Of a stretch of 64,000 nt of DNA, positions 1-9,771 are shown piece by piece; position 1 is the first letter of the stretch; each line of letters starts with the position of its first letter. Source of the stretch: Escherichia virus TH54. The position numbers and the translations under genes were made by a program. A model generated the notes under the pieces. That model searched no databases and was not told the origin of the DNA. It saw only the letters and a list, made by a program, of their open reading frames with translations. Location: sequence record MT446420.1, one strand, 5' to 3'.

Positions 1-158
1 AAATCATCTTTAGAGCATCCAAACCAGTTATATCCAGTGATTTGGATTTGCTCAAAACCATTGGCATTCAAAACCTTAGTAGCATTATCTGCATCAGTAC
101 AACCGGCCAATGAAACAGCCAAAACCAGCGCGGCAATAGAACGATTAATATATTTCAT
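1..158 (-). CDS. lipoprotein, N-terminal fragment (3' end outside window)
   Basis: ATG at 156-158 with upstream GAGGAAA; translation MKYINRSIAALVLAVSLAGC has a signal peptide and lipobox; ORF runs off the window edge. Confidence 0.5.
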   Translation of the reverse strand, partial: MKYINRSIAALVLAVSLAGCTDADNATKVLNANGFEQIQITGYNWFGCSKDD

Positions 159-164
159 ATTTCC

Positions 165-338
165 TCATTTAAGCAGGTCGTAAAACCCACCATTAACATG
201 TTTAGGGGCTGAAACTAACCGAACAGCCAGCCGATGACAATCAGGACAAACATCATTATCTCTTTCAGAGATTTTCTTGATTTTTTCGTATTCTTTTGCG
301 CAGTCTTCAGATTGGCATTTGTAATCATAAAGTGGCAT
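165..338 (-). CDS. small zinc-ribbon protein (FmdB-like CxxC..CxxC)
   Basis: Hand translation MPLYDYKCQSEDCAKEYEKI...CPDCH; 57 aa; not in ORF track because under 60 aa. Confidence 0.45.
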   Translation of the reverse strand: MPLYDYKCQSEDCAKEYEKIKKISERDNDVCPDCHRLAVRLVSAPKHVNGGFYDLLK

Positions 339-345
339 CTCTAAA

Positions 346-705
346 TTATTCCTTAAAGTGTGCTTTCAACATCTGGAAAACTGACCAGGCTTCTTCATTA
401 TTACTAATGGTGATTTTAGTCAATGGGAATGCAGTGATTTCTGGAGCTTCAGTTTCTTCATCGCCGTCATCTTTTTCTTCTTCAAAGAAACGGAATTCAT
501 CTTCCTTTATGAATAGGCTCACAAATTCACCAGTTGATAATTCCATTTTACACACATCACCATCTTCAATTCTGACTGGTCTAAATCCCTCGCCATTGAT
601 TATAGCATTGGCTATATTATCATTATCTGTGCATAACAAACGGAATCTGCTTTCAGCAACATTATCTTTAAAATAATACCACTTATCAGTTTCAAATTTA
701 GACAT
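346..705 (-). CDS. hypothetical protein
   Basis: Track ORF trimmed to internal ATG (MSKFETDK) preceded by GGAGAT; co-directional gene array. Confidence 0.45.
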   Translation of the reverse strand: MSKFETDKWYYFKDNVAESRFRLLCTDNDNIANAIINGEGFRPVRIEDGDVCKMELSTGEFVSLFIKEDEFRFFEEEKDDGDEETEAPEITAFPLTKITISNNEEAWSVFQMLKAHFKE

Positions 706-922
706 TATAAATCTCCTTCCAAAAATCTGTACCATCTTCTGATTCTTCACGGAACAACGCATAGCTAGGTAGTTCTGCGTCTTTGTCTGCATACACATAA
801 ATGATATCAGTGGTGCAAAGAAATTCATTGATGTTTTTCTTCACAATCACTTTATCACTTTCAGCAGTATCCCAAAACTCTTCAGCAGTCAGGGAAGTGG
901 TCACACAATCTTCATTAAACAT
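698..922 (-). CDS. hypothetical protein
   Basis: ATG at 920-922 preceded by GAGGAGAA; 74 aa. Confidence 0.45.
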   Translation of the reverse strand: MFNEDCVTTSLTAEEFWDTAESDKVIVKKNINEFLCTTDIIYVYADKDAELPSYALFREESEDGTDFWKEIYNV

Positions 923-969
923 AATATTCTCCTCATTGATAGGGCAAATTACCCTATCATTTTTATAAT

Positions 970-1461
970 TTAGGCAAAATGAATATCAGCATACTCGACA
1001 ATAAAGCTCTCAGGAACAACCTTAAAGGTTCCAAGGAACACGATATTATACAGTTTGACACCTTCTTCAACCCATTGGTCTGTGATATAACCAGACATGC
1101 TAGTGGTTTCATAAGTCGGACCATACTGACAATTATATTCAAACGGTTTAGGTGAAACAAAAAAGACACCTTTGCCCAATTTCCATTTAAAATCAACCCC
1201 AATATGAGACTGGTCAATGGTTTCAACGTCTTCAGCCACAGGAGCGATGTACCCAGTAAATTCGGTTGATTCCAGGAATTTAGGATGTACATAAGCCAAT
1301 TGAGTTTCAGTCTGGCCATGTTTAGGAATAATACGCACTTTAACTTCTTTAATTCCACCTACTAAATTAGTGCGAAGACTCACAACCTCAACAAAACGAC
1401 CAGCAGCTTTGGAACGAGATTCTTTAGAAACACGTACAATATCACCAGCTTCAACTTTCAT
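970..1461 (-). CDS. hypothetical protein; position and size consistent with T4 MotB, shares a C-terminal motif with the next ORF
   Basis: 163 aa; C-terminal ITDQWVEEGVKLYNIV..FKVVP resembles C-terminus of 1540..2295; MotB assignment is positional only. Confidence 0.45.
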   Translation of the reverse strand: MKVEAGDIVRVSKESRSKAAGRFVEVVSLRTNLVGGIKEVKVRIIPKHGQTETQLAYVHPKFLESTEFTGYIAPVAEDVETIDQSHIGVDFKWKLGKGVFFVSPKPFEYNCQYGPTYETTSMSGYITDQWVEEGVKLYNIVFLGTFKVVPESFIVEYADIHFA

Positions 1462-1539
1462 AATTTTCTCTCTTGGTTAATAAGTTTATTCTCCAGTGGG
1501 GTCATTATACTCTGACCCCAAGAGTTTGTACACTTAAAT

Positions 1540-2295
1540 TTAATTAAAAATTTCAACAACCATGAAACGTGGTACAACAGTAAATTCACCAGCATGAACA
1601 ACGTTCAGGAGTTCAACACCATCTTCAATCCACTGGTCTGTTACCCAACCACAAATAGAACTGTTAAATGGGCGTTTGATTTGAACTGGTTTACACAACA
1701 AGTCAATAGGGTCACCCAGTTCGCTAACTTCTTTCAGCAGTACAGATTCGCGCGGATAAAGGATAGCTTCAAGATTGTCACCTGATTCATTAATTGCAGT
1801 AAATTCAAAGATGCTTTGGTGATTGTGGTACTTAACTGTTTTAACGGTAAATGGAGCAAATCCAAAAATACCTTTCAGTACCCGCCAACCAGCATGCATT
1901 GCGACAGTCTTTCCAAATTGACTATCATCTTCAATAAGCTGGTAGGTTTTACCAACTTTGATAGGAGTTTCTTCAACTTCTTTGAAGAGTTCAATCTCAG
2001 CTTCATAAACCATAATTTTTTCTACTTCATTAGTATCAAGGCGACGTGCATGCAGAATATATGCTTTATCAAACCAGTTACTTTTTACAAAAGTTTCAAC
2101 AATAAATTCGCCTTCACCTAAAGCATCAGTCAGAGTATTATACCCAGAAACCATAGCTGCGTTTTGAATAATAGGTTCAATCAGTTGATAAGTTTTGTTA
2201 ATTTCAATAGTCATATTTTGTTTCTCAAGTTTTAATGGTTTAATTGGGCGAACATACATACTTACAACATCAAAGTCAATAAATTCTGGTTTCAT
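1540..2295 (-). CDS. hypothetical protein (paralogous C-terminal domain)
   Basis: 251 aa; C-terminal VTDQWIEDGVELLNVV..FTVVP. Confidence 0.5.
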   Translation of the reverse strand: MKPEFIDFDVVSMYVRPIKPLKLEKQNMTIEINKTYQLIEPIIQNAAMVSGYNTLTDALGEGEFIVETFVKSNWFDKAYILHARRLDTNEVEKIMVYEAEIELFKEVEETPIKVGKTYQLIEDDSQFGKTVAMHAGWRVLKGIFGFAPFTVKTVKYHNHQSIFEFTAINESGDNLEAILYPRESVLLKEVSELGDPIDLLCKPVQIKRPFNSSICGWVTDQWIEDGVELLNVVHAGEFTVVPRFMVVEIFN

Positions 2296-2552
2296 TATGC
2301 AACCTTATTGAACATCGCCAGTTGATTAGGTTGTACAACCATAATTTCACGACGACCTTTTGTATTTGACACGTTCAAGTAGATGCCTTTGTTCATGTCT
2401 GTTTCTTTATCATATACCGCAATTTTATTGACAGTAAAGATTTTACCACGAATATTTGTAAATGCGCATTCAAACGCTTTAGTCAGACCAGCTTCAGCAG
2501 CTTGAAGAGCAGACATTTCATATTGTTGGCCAATTTCAAAAGAAGTAATCAT
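2295..2552 (-). CDS. hypothetical protein
   Basis: Track ORF 2295..2600 trimmed: the first 16 codons translate the conserved promoter leader; ATG at 2550-2552 after GAGGATAA. Confidence 0.5.
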   Translation of the reverse strand: MITSFEIGQQYEMSALQAAEAGLTKAFECAFTNIRGKIFTVNKIAVYDKETDMNKGIYLNVSNTKGRREIMVVQPNQLAMFNKVA

Positions 2553-2580
2553 TTTGTTATCCTCATCAGTAGTTGATGAG

Positions 2581-2613
2581 ATGATTATGTCTCTTTCCAT
2601 TGGCCTTGTACAC
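2581..2613 (-). promoter_or_regulatory. early-type sigma70 promoter (-35 GTGTACA, -10 CATAAT)
   Basis: Reverse complement reads GTGTACA-N15-GACATAATCAT followed by leader CTCATCAACTACTGATGAGGA. Confidence 0.5.
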
Positions 2614-2619
2614 TACTTT

Positions 2620-3303
2620 TTATCGTTTTTTCGGTAAAGATAACGGGTCTGCATCTTCTTCGGAAGGAACTTCATCTAAACCAAGAGCATAGCGTTGGGC
2701 ATACTTAAGCATCAAAATATCTTTCGCGCAGTCATGCACCGAATCATGCGCCACAAATCCATCTAAAGTCCCCTTCGGTAATGGAGTTTCACACATCTTA
2801 CGGACGAGTGACAAGGCTTCGATTGCTGTCCTGATATCTCGCTGGTTCCAGAATACAACCGGTTCCAGACCGTAGGTATTCAATTCACGCTCAGGGATAC
2901 CCTCATTGCGTTGCAGGTCGCGGATAAGGTCAACAAACAACGGGAAGTCAAAGGACATTCCACGACACCACATAAGACTTTCGTATTTGTTAATTCCATT
3001 ACCATTCAGATAATCAATTGCCTGTTGGATACCGGTCAGAGTATCAACATCTTGTGCAGAAGGAGCCAAGTTAACACGGGCTTCCGCTGATTGTTTTTTC
3101 CACCAACCCATGGTTGTTGTGTCGAACAACCGCTTACCTTTTTGGTATTCGAGACTGAACTTAATACGTTTGCCGCGATTAACCAGGGTTTCGAATGATT
3201 CCACAATAGCAGGGTCAGATTCGAATGTAATCAGAGCCAGGTCAATAACGGCTCCCTTCGAGCCGTTTCCCAGAGTTTCAAAATCAATAATAGCATCAAT
3301 CAT
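2620..3303 (-). CDS. dexA: exonuclease A
   Basis: 227 aa, MIDAIIDFETLGN... recognised as T4 DexA-like DEDD exonuclease; synteny next to dda. Confidence 0.85.
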   Translation of the reverse strand: MIDAIIDFETLGNGSKGAVIDLALITFESDPAIVESFETLVNRGKRIKFSLEYQKGKRLFDTTTMGWWKKQSAEARVNLAPSAQDVDTLTGIQQAIDYLNGNGINKYESLMWCRGMSFDFPLFVDLIRDLQRNEGIPERELNTYGLEPVVFWNQRDIRTAIEALSLVRKMCETPLPKGTLDGFVAHDSVHDCAKDILMLKYAQRYALGLDEVPSEEDADPLSLPKKR

Positions 3304-3380
3304 CGCACATCTCTTTTAATTTTTGAATTTCACCAGCAACCATCGCACATCTCTTTTAATTTCTGAATTTCACCAGCAAC
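3301..3380. repeat. 2 x 40 bp tandem direct repeat (one mismatch) spanning the dexA start
   Basis: catcgcacatctcttttaattt[t/c]tgaatttcaccagcaac occurs twice back to back. Confidence 0.9.
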
Positions 3381-3575
3381 ATAGTCGGAGATAAAAATCC
3401 CTGGCTCTTCATTGTTAAAATATTCAATCGCGGCCATACGTTTCCGAATAAGATTCAGTTCCAGCAAAACGTAATTACCCTGCACGACGATAGTTGGATT
3501 ATCTTCGAAAAATTCAACCGCGTCCTGAATACCATAGATAAGATTATCTAAATCTTCTTTATGTACCTTATACAT
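3330..3575 (-). CDS. hypothetical protein
   Basis: 81 aa; C-terminus encoded inside the tandem repeat. Confidence 0.5.
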   Translation of the reverse strand: MYKVHKEDLDNLIYGIQDAVEFFEDNPTIVVQGNYVLLELNLIRKRMAAIEYFNNEEPGIFISDYVAGEIQKLKEMCDGCW

Positions 3576-4896
3576 AATATGCGTCGTACCTCGCTCGTGT
3601 GATTCCTACATAAGCCAACTGGCTCGCTAATGAAGCTTCGGCCATATGGATGCATGGAGTATAGATGAATGCTTTGTCCACTGAAACGCCCTGTGCCTTA
3701 TGGATTGTACTGACCGGAAGAGCACGAACTTTCAAGAAGGTCCTGCGCGCTTTCCAGAAGTCTTTCCACTCTGGACGTTTACCAGCGGCTTTCATCTGTT
3801 TGTATGTGTCAGCAACTTTCGCCAGATATGCCTGGAATTTTGGTTGCTGGTCTTCTGGTAAAACTTTAATGCGGTCAACCTGATATTCTTCATCTTCATC
3901 AATTGACTCAACTTCCAGGTCCCAGTAATTAATCACTAACTGGTGCGATTCACCTTTACAACGGAGAATGGTGGAAGTGTATTTGCAATCCTTGATGCGA
4001 ACCAACTGACCATTATTAAAAATAATTTCGCTGAATTTCTTTCCTTCAAATTCCAGCTCTTTCATGTGCGGCTCTTGCATAACCAGGACTTCATACAGTA
4101 AAAATGCTTTATCCGTTTCATATAGCTTGCGACGAATAATATTATTCAGTTTTTCAACTGATTTATTCGTGTACGCATACATCCTGTTTTCCATCAGCAT
4201 ATCAGCATCTTTTACAATACTGAAATAGTTTATCATGAAATCCTTTAAAGCGGTTTGTGAGGTGAAACCTTGTACGCCATGACCTTCATACATACAGTCA
4301 CGGAACCAACCCCCATTACGAATTTCTGTCGCCACTTCAATGATAGGAGCATTGCTTCGCATGACCTCAGTCAAATGAATCTGTTTGAACTTAGGATGCG
4401 TAAAGAATGGGCTTATCTTTTGTTGTGTGCTTCCTGGGTCAACTGGCTGCAGCTGGTGCATATCACCAATCCCAAGAATAGTACACCATTCAGGAACAGA
4501 GTTAAGAATAATCTTAAACAGAGACCCGTCATACATACTTGCTTCATCACAAACCAGAACATTGCATTTTGACATGTCAGGCATTTCGCGCTGTTCAAAA
4601 ACGTTTTGGTCTTCATACGTAGTCGGGTTAATCTTTAGGATACTATGGATTGTATTCGCTGTTTGACCAGACAATTTAGATAAAACTTTTTTCGCCTGGT
4701 GAGTTGGTGCAGCGAGCACAATTCCCATAACTCCATTTCGCACCAGATGGTCAATGACAAATTTTGTCAGAGTAGTCTTACCTGTGCCAGCTGGACCATT
4801 CAGAGTGATACATTCCCCTGAACGTCGCTGAATAGCTTCAGTGATATAATCAAAAGCTTCTTTTTGTCCTGTGTTCAAGTCTTCAAATTTAATCAT
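3568..4896 (-). CDS. dda: Dda-like SF1 DNA helicase
   Basis: 442 aa; Walker A GPAGTGKTT; overall resemblance to T4 Dda; synteny. Confidence 0.9.
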   Translation of the reverse strand: MIKFEDLNTGQKEAFDYITEAIQRRSGECITLNGPAGTGKTTLTKFVIDHLVRNGVMGIVLAAPTHQAKKVLSKLSGQTANTIHSILKINPTTYEDQNVFEQREMPDMSKCNVLVCDEASMYDGSLFKIILNSVPEWCTILGIGDMHQLQPVDPGSTQQKISPFFTHPKFKQIHLTEVMRSNAPIIEVATEIRNGGWFRDCMYEGHGVQGFTSQTALKDFMINYFSIVKDADMLMENRMYAYTNKSVEKLNNIIRRKLYETDKAFLLYEVLVMQEPHMKELEFEGKKFSEIIFNNGQLVRIKDCKYTSTILRCKGESHQLVINYWDLEVESIDEDEEYQVDRIKVLPEDQQPKFQAYLAKVADTYKQMKAAGKRPEWKDFWKARRTFLKVRALPVSTIHKAQGVSVDKAFIYTPCIHMAEASLASQLAYVGITRARYDAYYV

Positions 4897-5192
4897 GCCA
4901 ATTTTACTCGCTTAACATATAAAGTATCTAAAATTAATTTCAGTTCGCGGACACGTTCTTCAGTAGGAAAAACAGTTTTTGTTTCCCACTTGTTGAACCA
5001 CCATTTTCTGGGAGTACACCGTGTTTCTATACGTCCCATACTTAAATATCTTTTTGTATTATATAAATAGCCAGCCATTTCATAATCTGCGACAGCTTTT
5101 GTGGTGTATAAGGTCACCTTTCCATCATACTCTAATGGGTGTTCAAAACCATCTTTATCTTTGTGAACCAGTGCATATGCGTAGTACATCAC
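4893..5192 (-). CDS. hypothetical protein
   Basis: 99 aa ORF overlapping dda start by 4 nt. Confidence 0.5.
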   Translation of the reverse strand: MMYYAYALVHKDKDGFEHPLEYDGKVTLYTTKAVADYEMAGYLYNTKRYLSMGRIETRCTPRKWWFNKWETKTVFPTEERVRELKLILDTLYVKRVKLA

Positions 5193-5193
5193 A

Positions 5194-5940
5194 TTAACCT
5201 CTAATCAGTTTAAAAATTGACGCGTTCAAAGGCAGACCACGTTTCAGTTTTAATTTACCAATAAAACCAATCTTCTCAAAACGTTCAAGACCTGAAATGA
5301 TTTTATCATAGCAATCAAAAAGCGTTTCAGCATCAGTTAATTTCTTGGTAACTTTCCAGTCATTACCTTTGAGCAAGACGTTCAATTTAGTAAGCTCATG
5401 ACCTTCCGCAACACGGGAACCATCAATGCGAGCCTTCAGCGCAACCATTTTTAATTGGTTTTCTTTTGACTGCTCTGATTTACTCATTTGAGCATAATGC
5501 TTAACGCGATTCTCACGTTTGTGCTGAATGTTCTTTATATGGTTATATGCCTTTTTAATCTGTTCCCATTTCTCTGAAGTCAGATTTAACTTTTCAATCT
5601 TCTTGGCGGACGGGCGAGCAATTTTTACAGCAACATCATCACGACGTTGTTTAAGCTCATCCAGGGACCAATCAGAACGCATGGTGTTGTATTTCTTTTT
5701 AACAGGAATAACATTACCCTTGATATAACCAATATCATTGTTAAAACGTTCTAATGATAACTTCTCGTCTTCAACAGAGTTATTAAATGCTTCACCAGAA
5801 TAAGCACAAACTTTTTGGTCAAGAATGTTAACCAGGTAATTGAAATCCAGGTTAAAGTCCTTACCACGACGTTTAGCAGAAGCTTGAGTGTGTTCCAGAC
5901 GACGTTTAACTTTCAGTGTTTTGGTTTTTGATAAAGTCAT
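5194..5940 (-). CDS. hypothetical protein at the T4 srd position
   Basis: 248 aa basic protein between dda and modA; Srd assignment is by position and size only. Confidence 0.4.
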   Translation of the reverse strand: MTLSKTKTLKVKRRLEHTQASAKRRGKDFNLDFNYLVNILDQKVCAYSGEAFNNSVEDEKLSLERFNNDIGYIKGNVIPVKKKYNTMRSDWSLDELKQRRDDVAVKIARPSAKKIEKLNLTSEKWEQIKKAYNHIKNIQHKRENRVKHYAQMSKSEQSKENQLKMVALKARIDGSRVAEGHELTKLNVLLKGNDWKVTKKLTDAETLFDCYDKIISGLERFEKIGFIGKLKLKRGLPLNASIFKLIRG

Positions 5941-6073
5941 GATATTTTTCTCATCTTACGGACGTGAATAACTCAGTACGGAATTATTATATACTATTCA
6001 TCTTTTATGTACACTACTTTTTCACCTTTAACGCTTTTATTTTTACTGTGTATAATGGTTCTAAGGTCTTTGG

Positions 6074-6688
6074 TTAGTTCAAAACAGTTAAATGCCAAAC
6101 AGTATACAGGTTATTCAATGGGTGTGTTTCAATCAAGTCTACGCGGAGCGTAGTCCCAGCGGGAAACATAAACTCATCTTCATCATTAACCAGGTGCAAG
6201 TTTGACTTCCTGGTTGCTTCTGGATATGCACCATTGAACTCTTCAGGAGGAGCACCGCAAATCATTTTGAAGATTGCTTCCTGATAGTTATACGCATATG
6301 GTGCATTGTTTATACAGAAAATGTTCCTTGTGCCATAGAAACTGTATGATGCAAAATTTCTTGCAACCTGCCAGTCCCTGGAAAAACTCATTACACGGTT
6401 GAACTCAATTGTCGCACCAACATATCTTAAATCTTCCAGGTATTCCATAGTTTTCTTTGATATACCACGGAACAATGCCGCAGGCGGTGCAGTATTCAGA
6501 TTGTTGCGGATAATCCTGGTTAAGTCTTCTTGAATCAAGTCGGGTTTATTTTCCATACACTGCCAGAGTACTGATTGCTCATTATCTGTATAAAGAGCAT
6601 CAATCTCAGCTTGACATTGGTCACGAAAAGACTCACTAGAAGCGGCAGTGTCAATAATTCCATTCAAAACGTCATCAGTGTACAGCAT
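6074..6688 (-). CDS. modA: ADP-ribosyltransferase (Mod family)
   Basis: R-S-ExE signature (LFRGIS, SFS, EDEFMFP); start trimmed to ATG 6686-6688 because upstream codons translate the promoter leader. Confidence 0.75.
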   Translation of the reverse strand: MLYTDDVLNGIIDTAASSESFRDQCQAEIDALYTDNEQSVLWQCMENKPDLIQEDLTRIIRNNLNTAPPAALFRGISKKTMEYLEDLRYVGATIEFNRVMSFSRDWQVARNFASYSFYGTRNIFCINNAPYAYNYQEAIFKMICGAPPEEFNGAYPEATRKSNLHLVNDEDEFMFPAGTTLRVDLIETHPLNNLYTVWHLTVLN

Positions 6689-6717
6689 TTTATTATCCTC
6701 ATCAGTAGTTGATAGGA

Positions 6718-6749
6718 ACATATTAACGTGTCTTATTGCTCTTGTACAC
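6718..6749 (-). promoter_or_regulatory. early-type sigma70 promoter
   Basis: Reverse complement GTGTACA-N16-TTAATATGT then leader CCTATCAACTACTGATGAGGA. Confidence 0.45.
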
Positions 6750-7293
6750 AGTCAAGAACATAATAATCACCAACAAATCCAGCATCAACTATCACGAATT
6801 TCTGGTCAGCTGGAACAAACCATTCAAGCTCAGAATCAATCATGTCCATATATTCTTCACGTCTTAACGTTGCCGCCTGTTCGGAACCAGAAGCAGTATT
6901 GAAGAATTCCAGTGGAACATCAAGCGCAATTTTGCGCATCGCATCATGGTAACAAAAAGCTTTTGTATGATTCAATCTGATGATAGTCCTTGATACATAT
7001 TCCATTGCAGCAAAATCCCTGGCAATACCATAGTCTTCTGTAAAGGAGGTTATCCTTCCAAATTCAAAAGGTTGCATTGATTCTTTTGCTTCATCTAATA
7101 AATCAATCTCTTGCTGGGTTACCCCACGATACAAGACTGTATCGGGTATAGATAACCTTGACTTGATGATTGAGTTGACATTTGAATGCAAGGTCTTATC
7201 AACCTTTGCTGTACGGCACTCAAATAATGAAGCTATCTCCATTTCACTAAATTTTAACTGGTTGGGTTCGGTATCAGATTTGATGATGTTCAT
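6733..7293 (-). CDS. modB: ADP-ribosyltransferase (Mod family)
   Basis: 186 aa; LYRGV, SFT and EWFVP motifs; tandem with modA. Confidence 0.7.
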   Translation of the reverse strand: MNIIKSDTEPNQLKFSEMEIASLFECRTAKVDKTLHSNVNSIIKSRLSIPDTVLYRGVTQQEIDLLDEAKESMQPFEFGRITSFTEDYGIARDFAAMEYVSRTIIRLNHTKAFCYHDAMRKIALDVPLEFFNTASGSEQAATLRREEYMDMIDSELEWFVPADQKFVIVDAGFVGDYYVLDCVQEQ

Positions 7294-7349
7294 AATGGCC
7301 TCTCTGTTGTAAGAAAGACCATTATGTCATTAGGAGGGGAGTAAGTAAA

Positions 7350-7604
7350 CTACTTAAATACTCCAAGTGGGGCGCCAAAGACTGCAATGTCTACGGCCAT
7401 GCCAATCGGAGATTGATATGATGAGTAAGAACTTTTCGATTCTGTCGGGCGTTTGACTTTAATTGTCTCGGATTCAGTCTTAAGCCTTTGTAAACGATTA
7501 ATTTTTTGTTGCTCAATTTCCTTATGAGCATGTTTACGGTCGATATCCAGTGCCGATGTGGGGATATTTGTTAACCAGTTCATTGTTTCACCCATGGTGC
7601 CCAT
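7350..7604 (-). CDS. hypothetical protein
   Basis: 84 aa ORF, start uncertain. Confidence 0.35.
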   Translation of the reverse strand: MGTMGETMNWLTNIPTSALDIDRKHAHKEIEQQKINRLQRLKTESETIKVKRPTESKSSYSSYQSPIGMAVDIAVFGAPLGVFK

Positions 7605-7758
7605 GGAGGTGGGTCGTCGTAATATGAGGCCAGGTCGCGTAGAACTTCCATTGGGAGACTAAAACCGTGCTTCTGTATAATCGCATCAAGTTCGTCAACT
7701 AGGTCCACACGGGCTTCCGTATGAGCTTTAGGCTCTTCAAAAAGTTCAAATAAATCCA

Positions 7759-8247
7759 TTAGTAACCACCAATCGGACCGTAACCATACATACGAGCACG
7801 CATTTTAGTATCTTGAATAGCTTCTTCTGTTAAAGTAAAGCGTAAACCAATATCAAAGTGCTTCCAAATCTGACGTTCGACTTCAGTAAGGTCTTCAGGT
7901 GCAGAAATCAGATAAGTGCGACCCTGAAGACGTTCATTGGAATTTTTATCAGTATCTTTATAGAAAATATCCGCGGTTCCTTCTGCATAATGGTCCGGAT
8001 AACGATAGCCTTTGATATGCAGAGCTTCGGAAACAGTAAACGGGCACCCTTCGGCAACATTAACGTTTTTTCTATGAAATACCTTCAGCATAACGTTTTC
8101 TGGCATCGTCAGGTTCATTAATTTTGTTTCCAATGCAGTGACCGAATCCATGCCATTGTAAACCATGATAAGGCATGCGGTAGCATCGTAAGGTCGTGTC
8201 TGTCCAGCGGAATCACGGACATAGAATTCTAATTCATATACTTTCAT
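7759..8247 (-). CDS. hypothetical protein at the T4 mrh position
   Basis: 162 aa; position between modB and soc; assignment is positional only. Confidence 0.4.
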   Translation of the reverse strand: MKVYELEFYVRDSAGQTRPYDATACLIMVYNGMDSVTALETKLMNLTMPENVMLKVFHRKNVNVAEGCPFTVSEALHIKGYRYPDHYAEGTADIFYKDTDKNSNERLQGRTYLISAPEDLTEVERQIWKHFDIGLRFTLTEEAIQDTKMRARMYGYGPIGGY

Positions 8248-8389
8248 AATGATTTCCTCTTACCAACTAATGGACCATCAGGAACTTTATTTTCCTTGAT
8301 GTACTTTTCGTTTTCTTCCATCATTTTACTGCCAATTTTCAAAAGCAAATCCAGTGCTTCTTTTGCTCGGCGTTCAGCATCTTCTTGTG

Positions 8390-8584
8390 TCATGATTTAT
8401 CTCCGTAGATATCACGCATCAGTTTAAGCGCTGCTCGTTCAGTCTTCTTTTCCTGCATGGCTTTAAGCCCGTTAACAGCCCATTCTTCGGCTTCGCGCTG
8501 CATTTCTTCCTCGGCTCTGGCCACCCAGGAATCATCAATCCCTGGAGTAACCAACCAATCTTTAAGCCAACTTGTAATTCTCAT
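8390..8584 (-). CDS. hypothetical protein
   Basis: 64 aa; N-terminus M.I.SWLK resembles the next ORF. Confidence 0.4.
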   Translation of the reverse strand: MRITSWLKDWLVTPGIDDSWVARAEEEMQREAEEWAVNGLKAMQEKKTERAALKLMRDIYGDKS

Positions 8585-8944
8585 TTAATCACACGAGCTG
8601 GAAGACGAATCACAGCTTCCTGAATCATAGGAGGAATAAGACGAATCACCGGTCCAGGAACTGACTGCAGCGGCCGTAACCACAATCGAAGTAGTATCGA
8701 TAACTGGAGTGGTATTAATATGGTTTGCAGGACGTCTTGAATCCAGATGCTCTTTTAACTTTTTCGAATTCAATGGCAATGCACCTGGTCCGACATTACC
8801 GGCTTTTTCTGGACGTCGACGAACTTCTTCCATCATACCATCGCCCATGTAAACATATTCTCTTAGCTTAACATCTGACACGCTAACTGGAACCACACCC
8901 TCACCAGGTTTAGTCTTGAATAAATTCTTGAGCCAACTAATCAT
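8585..8944 (-). CDS. hypothetical protein with Ser-rich C-terminus
   Basis: 119 aa. Confidence 0.4.
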   Translation of the reverse strand: MISWLKNLFKTKPGEGVVPVSVSDVKLREYVYMGDGMMEEVRRRPEKAGNVGPGALPLNSKKLKEHLDSRRPANHINTTPVIDTTSIVVTAAAVSSWTGDSSYSSYDSGSCDSSSSSCD

Positions 8945-9138
8945 AGGAAACCTCGTTTAAATTCAACTTTACCATCATCACATCGGATTTCAATATTGAA
9001 TTCTAAAGAGTCATCGTCATGCATCATGAATGAATGTACGATAACTTCATCAAACACACCCAATCCGTACTTAAAATGGACATCATGAGCAATAATTTCA
9101 TCTAAAGCTTTGTTTGGTTTAATCCAACGGTTTAACAT
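8941..9138 (-). CDS. hypothetical protein
   Basis: Track ORF trimmed to ATG after GAGGAGAATACT (MLNRWIKPNK); a MotA-box-like TTTGCTTTT followed by TATAAT sits upstream. Confidence 0.4.
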   Translation of the reverse strand: MLNRWIKPNKALDEIIAHDVHFKYGLGVFDEVIVHSFMMHDDDSLEFNIEIRCDDGKVEFKRGFL

Positions 9139-9180
9139 AGTATTCTCCTCTGTAATTGAAATAATTATACCGCTTCTATT

Positions 9181-9208
9181 AAAAGCAAAAAGGGACTCCG
9201 AAGAGTCC
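9181..9208 (-). terminator. rho-independent terminator after soc
   Basis: Minus-strand RNA GGGACUCUUCGGAGUCCC (UUCG tetraloop) followed by UUUUUGCUUUU. Confidence 0.6.
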
Positions 9209-9214
9209 CTATAA

Positions 9215-9448
9215 TTAAACAATATCAGTCGGCGTAAACATTGCCTCATTCTTGGTCTTCCAGTCAGCAGCATCAGTCACTACAGTAGAATAGGCTGCAA
9301 CGGCCGAAGGGAAAGTCTGATAATGAGCATTAGCGATACGATGCGCATCAGAATAGATTTCAAATGGAACTGAAACCTCAGTACCTTTAACTTCTTTACC
9401 TTCACCAGCTGCATGCGTGAAGGTTTTGATATTAACGAAACCACCCAT
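9215..9448 (-). CDS. soc: small outer capsid protein
   Basis: 77 aa; GFVNIKTF...HYQTFPS..AAYSTV resembles T4 Soc. Confidence 0.8.
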   Translation of the reverse strand: MGGFVNIKTFTHAAGEGKEVKGTEVSVPFEIYSDAHRIANAHYQTFPSAVAAYSTVVTDAADWKTKNEAMFTPTDIV

Positions 9449-9489
9449 AATAAACTCCTTTGATGTTTAATTACAGGTGTATTTATAAC

Positions 9490-9771
9490 TTACAATTTGG
9501 CGGCTTGGACTGCTTTATTGGCTTCGGTCATTTTAGCTAGATTTTCAGCAGTAGGATTAGCAATGTATTCAGCAGTAGCTTGGGCAAAAACATTATGAGT
9601 TTCGATTACATTTTTAGCATTTTCAGTATTCATAGCAATTTCTTGTTTAGATAAATTTTTTAGTTGATTGGCTAAAAGTTCTACAAAGATTTCAACATTA
9701 GCGTTTTCAATTATATCATTAATATGCTTCTTACGAGCTTTCTTAAGCTGACGTTTATTTAAACGAGCCAT
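9490..9771 (-). CDS. hypothetical protein
   Basis: 93 aa lysine-rich helical ORF. Confidence 0.45.
   Translation of the reverse strand: MARLNKRQLKKARKKHINDIIENANVEIFVELLANQLKNLSKQEIAMNTENAKNVIETHNVFAQATAEYIANPTAENLAKMTEANKAVQAAKL

Noticed and set aside
296-676. 126-aa plus-strand ORF
   Set aside because: Overlapped by minus-strand genes that have Shine-Dalgarno sequences and sit in the co-directional array; Ser-rich translation typical of an antisense frame.
2553-2600. N-terminal extensions such as MERDIIISSTTDEDNKM (also at 6689..6721 and 32468..32545)
   Set aside because: These codons are the conserved promoter leader (CATCAACTACTGATGAGGA) read in frame; the real starts are the downstream ATGs after GAGGA.
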